NCBI GenBank assembly: GCA_033763315.1
Contig: JANRKS010000011.1
Coordinates: forward strand, 1-64,000
Source of the DNA: Deltaproteobacteria bacterium
GTDB taxonomy: Bacteria > Myxococcota_A > Polyangia > Fen-1088
Reading direction: 5' to 3'
Length of the DNA stretch: 64,000 nucleotides
Under the pieces are notes generated by a model, which had not been told where the DNA came from, did no database searches, and saw only the letters and a program-made list of their open reading frames with translations. The position numbers and the translations under genes are program-made. Each line of letters starts with the position of its first letter. Within the stretch, counting starts at the first letter, position 1. Of the stretch, positions 19,871 to 29,812 are shown piece after piece.

Positions 19871-21448
19871 ATGCTGAGAAGGCGTTTGTTTGCTGTTGGC
19901 GTTTCGTTTTTGGTGGTGCTTGTGGTTTCGCGACGGGCGCACGCCGCCGCAGTGAAACTTGCCGAGGATCGCTGCCGGTACGACGAGGGCACCAAATCGT
20001 GGCAGGTGACAATTCCGAACACCGCCGCGCCGGTGAGGGGATTATTTGTGAACGGCAACCCTGGGACGGGCGACCTATTGAATTGGACGATGAACCCGTT
20101 CTTCCGCAGCTATTTTGCTGCGCGCTTTGGCTTTGGCATGGTGGCGTCCAAGGGCGTTGAAGGCAGTTCCACGTTCAACACGAACGCGCCATTGATCATC
20201 AAAGCCATCGAAGAATGCGGCAAAACATTGGCTCACCCCGAGCTGGCTTGGGCGCCGCTGATCCCGCTGGGCAATTCTTCCGGGGGCACAAATTCGTGGG
20301 GCCTCACGATGTCGAACCCGAACCGCATTTTGGCGTTTGTGGTGAACATTCCCGGAACAACCCTGAATCCAGGCACCCCGCCCGAGGCCGCCCTGCAGAT
20401 CCCGGGCATGATCGTCGTCGGCCAGAATGATGGCGGCAACCTTTCGACGGGCAATGGTGCCATGTTGCGCGCGGCGCGCACCAAGGGCGCTTTGTGGTCG
20501 AAGGTTGAAATGGAGGGCATCGGCCACGAAAACCGGCGGTCATGGCATATGTTTCACGTGTTCTTCGAGCACATCATCGCGCGACGGCTCCCCGCTGACG
20601 CCGATCCATCGAAAGGACCGGTGAAGCTGTTGCCCATCGCAGAGGACAGCGGCTATGTGGCCGACGACACCACGTGGGCCAGCGGCCTCACGAAGTTCTC
20701 ACCTTACGCAGATTTCGCCGGCAACAAACGGGGCCCCGACACGAGCTGGCTGTTGGACGAAGACGTTGCGTTTTTGCATCAAGGGTATTCATCGCGCGGA
20801 CGGTTGTTCGACATCACCACCGCAGATCTGCCTGCCGGCACGGATGGGGGCACCATCATCCCGCTGGAACTCAACACGAACCTTGTGACGCGCAACTTCA
20901 ATGGCATGGTGGAACTGTTGGGCACCGCCAAGGATCCATCATGGACGAAGATCGAACTTTACCGTGGCGCCAAGAAGATCGATGAGATCACGGGCGGTGG
21001 AGCCACGTTCAAGTTCACTATTCCGATCAATGCGGATCCACCCGCTGTTTGGGCGTTTTCTGTGCGTGGCCGAGTGGCAGCGGGTGTGCGGCCTTCGCAG
21101 ATGTTGAGCGTTCTCGTGAAGCCGAACACGGGGCAGGGCGCCTCGGGCGCAGGTGGGATGATGGGCGGAACCGGTGGTGGCGGTGGCAGCCCTGCAATGG
21201 CGGGTGGTGCTGGCGGCACAGGGGGAACCGGCGGTGCATCGAGCGAGGGTGGCAGCAACGTGGCGGGCGCTGGCGGCGAGCCCGCCGACACCAACGGGGG
21301 GCAGGGCGGCTCTGGCAGTGAGGAGCCAAGCGCCACGGAGAAGGCGGCGTCTGGTTGCAGATTCGCGTCACGTGGTTCATCGCCAGCCGCAGCATTACTG
21401 GCGATCTTTTTGGTGATGTTGCGGGGCCGAGGAAGCCGCCGGCGTTAG
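19871..21448 (+). CDS. secreted alpha/beta-hydrolase-like protein with MYXO-CTERM-type sorting tail
   Basis: Signal peptide ending AHA; GNSSGG, GQND, GIGHE putative triad; Gly-rich linker, SGC, hydrophobic stretch, terminal Arg cluster. Confidence 0.75.
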   Translation: MLRRRLFAVGVSFLVVLVVSRRAHAAAVKLAEDRCRYDEGTKSWQVTIPNTAAPVRGLFVNGNPGTGDLLNWTMNPFFRSYFAARFGFGMVASKGVEGSSTFNTNAPLIIKAIEECGKTLAHPELAWAPLIPLGNSSGGTNSWGLTMSNPNRILAFVVNIPGTTLNPGTPPEAALQIPGMIVVGQNDGGNLSTGNGAMLRAARTKGALWSKVEMEGIGHENRRSWHMFHVFFEHIIARRLPADADPSKGPVKLLPIAEDSGYVADDTTWASGLTKFSPYADFAGNKRGPDTSWLLDEDVAFLHQGYSSRGRLFDITTADLPAGTDGGTIIPLELNTNLVTRNFNGMVELLGTAKDPSWTKIELYRGAKKIDEITGGGATFKFTIPINADPPAVWAFSVRGRVAAGVRPSQMLSVLVKPNTGQGASGAGGMMGGTGGGGGSPAMAGGAGGTGGTGGASSEGGSNVAGAGGEPADTNGGQGGSGSEEPSATEKAASGCRFASRGSSPAAALLAIFLVMLRGRGSRRR

Positions 21449-24381
21449 CAGGGCGCTTCGACGCACACGGTGGTTCCTTCGTTTGGCAACGACGCGACCG
21501 TTAAAGTGCCATCGATCTTCCGGGCGCGTTCTTTCATGCCAGCCAGACCCATGCCTTGCGCATGATGAGCCTCCGTTACTTTTGCCTGCGCCAATCCCAA
21601 GCCGTTGTCTTTGAGTTCGAGTCGAACCACACCCTCCTTGCTTGTATCGAGGCTCAAATGAATTTGTGTGGCGCGGCCGTGCTTGGTCGCGTTTGTCACC
21701 GCCTCGCGTGCGATGGCTGTCAAGGCCGTGACAACGGACAGGCGCAGGGTGCGATCGGGGCCCTGGCTTGAAGCGGTAAACACCACCGCGGTGCCTTCGG
21801 TTGCCGACCCAAACCGGTGCGTCAGTTGGCTGTATAAAGCCGTGCTGGTGCTTGTGCTGGTTTGCAAACCCCAGATGGCGTCGCGCAGATCGATCATCGC
21901 GTCGTTCAGGAGGCTGCCTGCGCGTTCGAGGCTGGCGTGTGCCTTCTCGGGCGCATGTGGCAGCGATAGGCCCGCCGCCTCCACCTGCAGACGCAAGCCC
22001 GAGAGATCTTGTTCGAGCCCGTCGTGGATCTCGTGTGCGATGCGGCTGCGATCGGCAAGAATGGCTGCGTGCATTTGCTCCAACCGCGATGTGCGTGCGC
22101 GATGCCAGAGCAACAATACCAAGACCAACGCGAGCGCCAGTGAAACCCTGACCCAGGTTCGCGCGTACCAGGGCGCCGCCAGTGACACCGCCAAACTGAC
22201 TTGCGTCGCAGGCTCAGGCGCGTGGGGTGACACAGCTGCGCGGAGCATGACGACGTACTGACCGTGCGGCAAACGATCCAACCGCAGGCTTCGACCTTTG
22301 AGCGGTTGCCAGCCGGCGCTGAGGCCTTGCACCTTGTAATCCACGCGCAAGCGATGCGGCTCATAGAATGATGGCACAGCAAAGTGAACCAGCAGCTCGC
22401 TCGGGTGGCTCACGCTGGCGCTGATGTGCAGGGTTTCGGCCAGGCGCTGCCCGTTCAGGATCACGGTTTCGATGAAGAGTGCAGGGGCAGGGCGCGGCCT
22501 GGAAAGGTCGGGCGTGATTTCCACCACGCCCTTACCCGTGGGGAACAACAGCCGCCCATCAGACGTGCGGCTGGCGGCGGGTGGAAACGCACGAATGGGC
22601 TCAGCCCCCACGCCATCTTCAGGCCCATATAGAGCGCTTACGAAGTTGGGCTTGCGCTGCGCAAACACCGCTTCGAGATCATCACGTGCCACCACCGATA
22701 CGCCGCGCGGCGAGCTCAGCCAAAGCCGCCCCCGTGCATCGAACACCAGTCCGTACACACTGTTGTGATCGAGCCCCTGTGCTGTGGTCACCACGTGGCC
22801 TTGGCCGCGGTCAAAACGCACCAAACCTGCGCCCGCGGTGCCAATCCACAACACGCCGTCCTCACTGCGCGCCAAGCACAACAATTCAACGTCAGGCACG
22901 CCGGCCGCAGATCCAAAGCGATCCTCAACACCGCCGCGGCGACGGATCAAACCCCTCGCCGAGGAGGCAATCCATAGCGTGCCGTCTTCGGTTTGCAGCA
23001 TGTCCATCGCGTGATCGCTGTGGTTCCCGATCGGCGGTGATACGATGGCAATGCGATCGCCTTCAGCGGTGGCCAACCCCCCTTTGCTAAGGCCCAGCCA
23101 CACGCCACCGTTGATGCCTTGACCGACCTTGGGACGCACTGATTGCACCCCTTGGCCAAGACCGCCATCAACGATGTGGGTGAAGGCGTCGCCATCCAGA
23201 CGATAAAGACCTGCCGTCATGTCGCCCGCCCACAAAGTGCCTTGTTGATCAAACGCCAAAGAACGAACGCCACTGGGGGGCAGGCCCTGCTGAGGTCCAA
23301 AGAATGAGGGCGACTCTTGCCGCCAGACAATGAGGCCGCTGGGCGTCGCGCCCCAGATGTCGTTTGTGATGGTGGCGGTTACCGCGAAGACCAAGGGATC
23401 ACCGTTTGACGCTCCGACGGTGAGCGTGCGGACGGGATAATCGAAGCGAAATTGAACGAGCCCGATGGGCGTGCCCACCCATAAGCTGCCTTCGAGATCC
23501 ACGAACAATGCATTCGCTTGGTAGCTGGCGATGGCGCGCGTGAAGTCGAACGCGCTTTGTCGTCCCTGATCGAAGTAAAACAGTGTGTCGCGCGCGCCCA
23601 CCCATAAGCGGCCCGTTTGATCGAACGCCATCGCGTGCGCGCGGTTCGCGCCCGAGATCCTCATGTTGAGCGGCTGGCGCACATCATTCTTTGATACGCG
23701 CCACAAGCTGCCGTCGTCGAGGGTTGCAATCGTCTCACCATCAAGATTGACGGCGATCGCAGCCACGCTTTGCGGTGCGGTCCACTGTCTGTGGGCTTGA
23801 CCTCCCTGCAGTTGGAAAATCTCGGCGCCTGCCGCCACGCGAACGCTGCCATCGGGGGCCTTGACGAGCGCAGCCAGGGGCCCTGGAACGACGGGCGTAG
23901 AGGCACGCTGCAAGGTGCGGTCATCGAATTGGAACAAGCCCCCAGGCGATGCCACCCAAATGTGATCTTTCCCGTCGACAACCACAGAGGTGGCGAGCCA
24001 CGTTGCCGTCACCTGCATCGTGTCCAACGTGTGCGCTCTCACGTGCCCCAGCCGGCCATTGCTCAAAACAAACCACACGCCGCCTTGCGCATCGGGCGCG
24101 ACCGCAACCGCCGCGGCCAGCACGGGGCACGCCCACGCAAAGCCGTCAAAGCGGCACACACCTTCATTAGATGCCGTCCACAGAAAATCGTGTGCGTCTT
24201 GTGTGATTGCGTAAATGTCGCTGCGCGGCCCCACCGCGCGCACATCAGTGTGGCTTACAAAGGCATCACGGGCGCGCGCCAGGGCCCTGGGCGGCGAATG
24301 CCATACGATGGCGAGGCACGCCGTGAAGGCGAGCGTTCGCTTGGCAACCAAGCGGTGAACAGAAGGCAAAGCCACGAACAT
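21445..24381 (-). CDS. sensor histidine kinase with beta-propeller and Y_Y_Y-type periplasmic region (HisKA_3)
   Basis: Repeated DxxGxLWxG blades; RSRIAHEIHDGLEQ H-box; EAVTNATKH, DNGLG, GMGLAGMKERA. Confidence 0.93.
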   Translation of the reverse strand: MFVALPSVHRLVAKRTLAFTACLAIVWHSPPRALARARDAFVSHTDVRAVGPRSDIYAITQDAHDFLWTASNEGVCRFDGFAWACPVLAAAVAVAPDAQGGVWFVLSNGRLGHVRAHTLDTMQVTATWLATSVVVDGKDHIWVASPGGLFQFDDRTLQRASTPVVPGPLAALVKAPDGSVRVAAGAEIFQLQGGQAHRQWTAPQSVAAIAVNLDGETIATLDDGSLWRVSKNDVRQPLNMRISGANRAHAMAFDQTGRLWVGARDTLFYFDQGRQSAFDFTRAIASYQANALFVDLEGSLWVGTPIGLVQFRFDYPVRTLTVGASNGDPLVFAVTATITNDIWGATPSGLIVWRQESPSFFGPQQGLPPSGVRSLAFDQQGTLWAGDMTAGLYRLDGDAFTHIVDGGLGQGVQSVRPKVGQGINGGVWLGLSKGGLATAEGDRIAIVSPPIGNHSDHAMDMLQTEDGTLWIASSARGLIRRRGGVEDRFGSAAGVPDVELLCLARSEDGVLWIGTAGAGLVRFDRGQGHVVTTAQGLDHNSVYGLVFDARGRLWLSSPRGVSVVARDDLEAVFAQRKPNFVSALYGPEDGVGAEPIRAFPPAASRTSDGRLLFPTGKGVVEITPDLSRPRPAPALFIETVILNGQRLAETLHISASVSHPSELLVHFAVPSFYEPHRLRVDYKVQGLSAGWQPLKGRSLRLDRLPHGQYVVMLRAAVSPHAPEPATQVSLAVSLAAPWYARTWVRVSLALALVLVLLLWHRARTSRLEQMHAAILADRSRIAHEIHDGLEQDLSGLRLQVEAAGLSLPHAPEKAHASLERAGSLLNDAMIDLRDAIWGLQTSTSTSTALYSQLTHRFGSATEGTAVVFTASSQGPDRTLRLSVVTALTAIAREAVTNATKHGRATQIHLSLDTSKEGVVRLELKDNGLGLAQAKVTEAHHAQGMGLAGMKERARKIDGTLTVASLPNEGTTVCVEAPC

Positions 24382-24502
24382 TTATAACCTGGAAGCACGC
24401 GTCTTCGCAGTGACTGTCCGTTCAGACAGGCATCGCGAAAGGCCGTAGTGCTTTACTTCACGCGAGCCGCAGTGCCTGCGGCGCCACCACGGGAGGCCTT
24501 GG

Positions 24503-26203
24503 ATGTTCGTGCAGCTCTTTGGTAAACGCGCTTTGGGCGCTGTTTGTATGTCGACCTTACTGGGGTTGGCTGGTGGAGGTGCATGCACGGGCGGCCAGGA
24601 CACGAACGGCGCAGGCGGTGATGACGCCGCCGACAACGACGCAGCGGGAGCCTCTGGCGCCTCTGGTCTGAGCAAAGTTCTGCCAGCGCCGGCGACGCCA
24701 GGTTTGTGGCGCCTGACGCCGCGGCAATACCACAATGCGCTTCGCAGTCTCTTGGGCTCGGACGTTGCGTTGCCTGAGCTCAAGAAGGAGCAGAGCGCGG
24801 GAGGCTTGGCTGCCATCGCCGCGGGCACAACGACGGCCACGGGCCAAGACGTAGAAGGGTATGAAGCATTGGCAAGCGGCTTGGCCTCCAAGGTGTTGGG
24901 CAACGCGTCCACACGGCAAGCGTTTGCGGGCTGCAAGACCAGCGAACCCGATGAGGCGTGCAGCAAGGCGTTCCTTGGGACGTTCGGCAAACGCGCTTTT
25001 CGAAGACCGCTAAGTGCGCCGGAATTGGAACGCTTTGTGAAGTTGGCCAACACGGCCAGGGAATTGTCGGGCGACGCCTGGATGGGCCTGCAAACGGCGG
25101 TTGCCGCGATCTTGCAATCCCCCAAGTTTCTTTACCGCTTCGAACAAGGCACGCCGGACGCGAAGAGCGGGCGCAATGTGCTTGACGCCTTTGAGCGCGC
25201 TTCACGCCTGGCGTTCTTCATCACAGACACGCTTCCTGATGATGAATTGCTGGCGGCCGCCGAGAAGGGCGATCTGATGAACGCCGCAGGTCTGCAGCAA
25301 CAGGCCAAACGCTTGTGGAACCAAAACGACGCGCGCAAAATGTGGCGGTCATTCATCGAAGAGAACTATCGACTTGATGATTTGGATCGTGGGGCGGCAC
25401 CGGCCTCCGCGGCGTTGTTGACTTCAATGAAGGAAGAGGTGTTGCGGTCCGCCGAATCTGTGGCGTTTGACGCCAACACAAGCTTCTTAGACTTTTTCAC
25501 GCGCCGCCAAACGTTCGTTGATCCGGCGCTGCGAAGCCACTATGGCTTGCCTGGTGTTGGCAGCGGTTTTGCGCTGGCGTCCTTTCCGGACGAGCAGCAA
25601 CGCGTGGGCTTCTTCGGCACCGCGGCCTTCTTGACGATGACGTCGACCGCTTTACACACCAGCCCCACCGCCCGCGGAAAGTTCGTGCGCGAGCGCATCC
25701 TGTGCGAAGAGGTGCCAGCGCCGATGGCCGGAGTGAACACATCTTTGCCCCCCACGTCGCCCACCGTGCGCACCACGCGGGAACGGCTTGAGTTGCATCG
25801 TCAAAATCCCGAATGCGCCGCCTGCCACGATTTCATGGATCCGCCGGGCTTTGCTTTCGAACGTTTCGATCAAGTGGGCAAGTACCGCACGACCGAAAAC
25901 GGCGCTGACATTCGCACCGATGGCCACCTAGATCCTGCCGGCAAAGAAGACGCTTTCGACGGGCCGCAACAACTGGCTGAACTCTTGATCAACCAAACCG
26001 GCACGGCTGCCTGCCTGGCGCGTGGCCTCTTGAGGCAATCAACCGGATATCTGCACGCTCGCATGGATGAGGATAAGGACATGGCGCTGGTGGACGGCCT
26101 AGGTGCCGCGCTGAAGGACCGCAACTTCGCAATTGAATCGTTCTTGATGGATCTCGTTGCAAGCGATGTGTTCGTGACACGCCAAAGTGAGGAAACGCTA
26201 TGA
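24503..26203 (+). CDS. DUF1592/DUF1588-type heme-c lipoprotein
   Basis: RLTPRQYHNALRSL, AFRRPL, SPKFLY, TSPTARGKFVRERILC, CAACH. Confidence 0.9.
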   Translation: MFVQLFGKRALGAVCMSTLLGLAGGGACTGGQDTNGAGGDDAADNDAAGASGASGLSKVLPAPATPGLWRLTPRQYHNALRSLLGSDVALPELKKEQSAGGLAAIAAGTTTATGQDVEGYEALASGLASKVLGNASTRQAFAGCKTSEPDEACSKAFLGTFGKRAFRRPLSAPELERFVKLANTARELSGDAWMGLQTAVAAILQSPKFLYRFEQGTPDAKSGRNVLDAFERASRLAFFITDTLPDDELLAAAEKGDLMNAAGLQQQAKRLWNQNDARKMWRSFIEENYRLDDLDRGAAPASAALLTSMKEEVLRSAESVAFDANTSFLDFFTRRQTFVDPALRSHYGLPGVGSGFALASFPDEQQRVGFFGTAAFLTMTSTALHTSPTARGKFVRERILCEEVPAPMAGVNTSLPPTSPTVRTTRERLELHRQNPECAACHDFMDPPGFAFERFDQVGKYRTTENGADIRTDGHLDPAGKEDAFDGPQQLAELLINQTGTAACLARGLLRQSTGYLHARMDEDKDMALVDGLGAALKDRNFAIESFLMDLVASDVFVTRQSEETL

Positions 26204-27594
26204 GCCGCTCGTTGTCTCGTCGAAGGGTGCTGCGCGGGGTGATGGCCGGCGGCGCCGTTTCAATTGCGTTGCCGCGCCTCGGGGCGATGTTGAACCTTAA
26301 TGGCGATGGCTATGCCCATGGGGCCGCGCTGCCACGTCGGTTTGGCCTGTGGACCACAGCGAACGGCGTGATACCGGACAAGTGGCTTCCTAAAGATACG
26401 GGGCCCAACTGGACTTTAAGCCCCGCGTTGACGCCGCTTGGTCCCGTCAAGGATTGGTTTAGTGTGGTGTCGGGCCTGACGGGTGGTTTCGGCTTTCGTC
26501 CTCACGCGGCCGGCAACACATCGTTCATGACGGGGCAAACGATCACCGCCGACGGTGCTAGCAACGACGACGCCAAGACGGCGCGCGGCCCCTCGTTTGA
26601 TCAAACGATCGCAAACCTGATCGGCAAAGGCACGGCCTTTCGCACGCTCGAGATTGGTGTGGATCAAGCGTTCCCGCCTGAGCGCGGCACGGCGTTCCAC
26701 TGGTGGTCGCACAACGGCCCCGACAGCCCCAACCCCTGCATTTACGACGCAAAGGTTTTGTTCGATAGGCTGTTTGCCAACTTCAAACCTCCCGTTCCAG
26801 GTGGCGGCATCGATGCCAATGCGGCGTTGGTGGCACGGAAACTGCGCAAGAGCGTGCTTGACGCTGTGCTGGAAGACGCAGGTGACCTGCGCAAGACATT
26901 GGCGGCCGAGGATAGATTGCGCCTTGAAAGCCACCTGCAGTCGATTCGCGACATCGAAGCCAGGTTTGCTGGCGATGGCGAGCCCGTCGTCATTTCGGAA
27001 AGCTGCAAGCTGCCTAAGGCGCCGGAAAGCAAATTCGATTCGCCTGCTTCAGATTATGAAATTCGCGGCCCTGCGGTAAACAAGACGATGGCGCAGCTTT
27101 TGGGCATCGCCTTGGCTTGCGACCTTACACGCGTCTTCACGTTTCAGTTCACACAACCGGGCTCCCGCTTTCGCAGCTCCAAATTGGGTGTGACCGACGA
27201 ATTTCACATTCGCACGCACAATCCCGCGCAAGCGGAGTCCGTCAATAACATCGTTACGCGCATCAACGAAGAGCTGCGCGTCTTTATAGAGGTTTTGCGC
27301 GACATCCCCGAAGCGGGGGGCAGCTTGCTGCAGAACGCCGCCATTATGGTTGTGAATGATTGCTCCTACGGCGTGGATCACAGCCAAAAGGATATGCCGT
27401 ACCTGATGATCGGACGTGGCGGTGGCAAGCTGCGCACCGGCATTCACCACAGATCGCCGATGGTCAACGCCATCTCGCCCGAGCGGGGATGGAAGTTGGT
27501 GTTAAGTATGGCGCGCGCTGTGGGCGCCGATGTGCCGAGCATTGGGTCGGGCGCGTCCATGACCACCGATGGTCTATCGGCCATCGAGATGTGA
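26200..27594 (+). CDS. DUF1552 family protein (Tat)
   Basis: SRRRVLRG, SFDQTIA, SVLDAV, LACDLTRV; 4-bp overlap with upstream gene. Confidence 0.9.
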   Translation: MSRSLSRRRVLRGVMAGGAVSIALPRLGAMLNLNGDGYAHGAALPRRFGLWTTANGVIPDKWLPKDTGPNWTLSPALTPLGPVKDWFSVVSGLTGGFGFRPHAAGNTSFMTGQTITADGASNDDAKTARGPSFDQTIANLIGKGTAFRTLEIGVDQAFPPERGTAFHWWSHNGPDSPNPCIYDAKVLFDRLFANFKPPVPGGGIDANAALVARKLRKSVLDAVLEDAGDLRKTLAAEDRLRLESHLQSIRDIEARFAGDGEPVVISESCKLPKAPESKFDSPASDYEIRGPAVNKTMAQLLGIALACDLTRVFTFQFTQPGSRFRSSKLGVTDEFHIRTHNPAQAESVNNIVTRINEELRVFIEVLRDIPEAGGSLLQNAAIMVVNDCSYGVDHSQKDMPYLMIGRGGGKLRTGIHHRSPMVNAISPERGWKLVLSMARAVGADVPSIGSGASMTTDGLSAIEM

Positions 27595-27597
27595 CGC

Positions 27598-28212
27598 CTA
27601 AAGGTCGAGGATCCCACGTCGCAGCGCCAAAGCGACGGCGTGGGTTCGATCGGCGGCTTGCAGCTTTTGCAGGATGCTGTTGATGTGAAATTTGACGGTG
27701 CGCTCAGAGATGGAGACTTCCTTACCGATCTGCACGTTCGTCATGCCTTGCGCCGCCAGCCGCAGGATTTGGATCTCGCGTGCAGATAACGTGGCTTGGT
27801 TAAGGTGTTCCGCCAACTGGGCCTCGGCGTCGGGTGACAGATACGTTCGCCCCTGGCTCACGGCCTTAAGCGCCGCCAACAACTGCACCACACCCGCGCG
27901 TTTGACGACATACCCCCGGGCCCCCAATGCCATGGCCTGGCGAATGACATGGTCGCTGTCGTGGCTTGATACAACGATGACCTTCACCGGCGATCCCGCT
28001 GCGCGCAGGTGACGCAGAATCTCCAAGCCTGAAACGTCGGGCAACCGCAGATCCAGCAACACAATGTCGGGCTTGTGTTCGTCAATCGCGGCGATGGCCC
28101 CCTGGCCAGCATCAATGGCCGCCACCAACACGAATTCCGGCGTGTTCTCCAGCACGGCGGCAACGCCCGCTCGAAACACGCCGTGATCCTCTATCAGCAA
28201 GATGCGCGTCAC
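27598..28212 (-). CDS. NarL/LuxR-family response regulator
   Basis: IEDH, LDLRLP, LSAREIQIL...TVKFHINSI. Confidence 0.95.
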   Translation of the reverse strand: MTRILLIEDHGVFRAGVAAVLENTPEFVLVAAIDAGQGAIAAIDEHKPDIVLLDLRLPDVSGLEILRHLRAAGSPVKVIVVSSHDSDHVIRQAMALGARGYVVKRAGVVQLLAALKAVSQGRTYLSPDAEAQLAEHLNQATLSAREIQILRLAAQGMTNVQIGKEVSISERTVKFHINSILQKLQAADRTHAVALALRRGILDL

Positions 28213-28437
28213 TTAAACACCATTGCCCATTGTGCGCCGTTGGTGCGTAAAAGAAAACTACTGCGCCATTCGCGAAGTAGGGGTCAATGCCGAGGCCGAC
28301 AACCTGCGAGCTGGCAAGGCGAGACAACGATGATGATCACCTGCGTCGCGACCCCGGTGGTGCATGCGCATTCGCCCGGCCTGTGGGGCTTCAACACCTA
28401 AGCTGTGGGCCAAAGGCTGCATTGCTGGAGGTTCGCT

Positions 28438-29775
28438 ATGCGTGAGGTTCGTTCTTGCTTTGTTCTGTCGTGTTTGCTTGTGGGGGTGGCCGCGACGGCG
28501 TGCCAATCATCTGCCGGGGGCGGTGGTGATGGCAAAGGCGGCCAAGCGGGCGAGGCGGAATCTGCCGAAGGTGGCGCAGGCGGTGAACCGCTCGCGGGTG
28601 AAGGCGGGCGCGGAGGCAGTCAGACGCCACCATCCGCTGGCGGCATGGCGGGTACGTCTACGGGCGGTCAAGCCGGTGGGGCACAACCGAGCCAAGGTGG
28701 TCAATCGGGCACGGGCGGTGGTGCTGGGAGCAAACTGTTGCTGCCAAGCGATGTGCATGCGGCTTCGGCCACGAACATGGTGAAGTTGGCGCCTGCTCCA
28801 GGCTGTTTGAAGCAGCCGTGGGATCTGGCGTTCAATCCATTGCGGCCGAAGGAGCTGTGGGCCGTGAACTATGGCGACGACAGCGTGTGTTTGATCATCG
28901 ACGCCACGGCCACGCCGTTGGCAAGCGAGCGCCGGCAAGAATACTTGCACGAACATTTCATGCCGCGGCCAAGCGCATTGGCGTTCGGCGGTGAAGTCAC
29001 AAGCTTTGGCAAACCTGGCACCTTCGCCACCGCAAACGATTCAGCGGGCGATGGCAGCCCGAACGACGGCGGCATGTGGAATGGCATCACGCTATGGCCT
29101 TCGGATCTCGGCACGTTTGGCAAATACAAAGCTGGGCCTGAAGGCAATTCACATCTGGATATGTTGCACGACAGTCTGCTCGCACGCGGCATCGCTTGGG
29201 AGAAGAACAACATCTACTGGGTGTTCGGATCTATGTTTGGCGACATCACTCGCTATGACTTCGCCACCGATCACGGCCGCGGCTTCACCGATCACTCTGA
29301 TGGTTCGCAATGGCATTACGCGGCTGGCAAGGTGAAGGGCCAAGATGGCAGCCCTAGTCATTTGGCGTATGACCCGGCCGATGGCGCGCTCTATATTGCT
29401 GATACTGGCAACCACCGCATCGCGAAGCTAGACACCAAATCAGGCACGGCCTCGCCCACGCGCCACACACGCACAAAAGATCGCACCGAAACAAAAATTG
29501 ATGCGGTGATGATGGACGCAAAGCTCACAGATGTGGTTGCAGCCGGCGGCGATCTCAAAGCGCCTGCAGGGCTTGAATTGCACGCAGACACGCTTTACGT
29601 CTCCGACAACCAAACCGGAATCATCTATGCTTTCAGCAAAACCGGTCAGAAGCTTGGATCGTTTGATACGGGCCTAGGCGCGGGCACTGTGATGGGCCTT
29701 GCCGTGGGCCCGGGTCCCGCGTTGTATTTTGTGGCCGCCAAGAGTGACGCGATTTACATGATCGCGAACCCGTAA
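28438..29775 (+). CDS. lipoprotein with Gly-rich linker and NHL-like beta-propeller
   Basis: GGAGG RBS; ATAC lipobox; LYIADTGNHRI, PAGLEL, LYVSD blades. Confidence 0.75.
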   Translation: MREVRSCFVLSCLLVGVAATACQSSAGGGGDGKGGQAGEAESAEGGAGGEPLAGEGGRGGSQTPPSAGGMAGTSTGGQAGGAQPSQGGQSGTGGGAGSKLLLPSDVHAASATNMVKLAPAPGCLKQPWDLAFNPLRPKELWAVNYGDDSVCLIIDATATPLASERRQEYLHEHFMPRPSALAFGGEVTSFGKPGTFATANDSAGDGSPNDGGMWNGITLWPSDLGTFGKYKAGPEGNSHLDMLHDSLLARGIAWEKNNIYWVFGSMFGDITRYDFATDHGRGFTDHSDGSQWHYAAGKVKGQDGSPSHLAYDPADGALYIADTGNHRIAKLDTKSGTASPTRHTRTKDRTETKIDAVMMDAKLTDVVAAGGDLKAPAGLELHADTLYVSDNQTGIIYAFSKTGQKLGSFDTGLGAGTVMGLAVGPGPALYFVAAKSDAIYMIANP

Positions 29776-29812
29776 ACACGTAAGCACGGTATAAGGCTGC
29801 TGGAGGTAACCC

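Noticed and set aside
21130-21320. Gly-rich low-complexity tracts (also near 19.5, 28.6, 32.7 and 45.2 kb) as a repeat element
   Set aside because: Ordinary flexible linkers of exported proteins in this lineage, with no shared DNA unit
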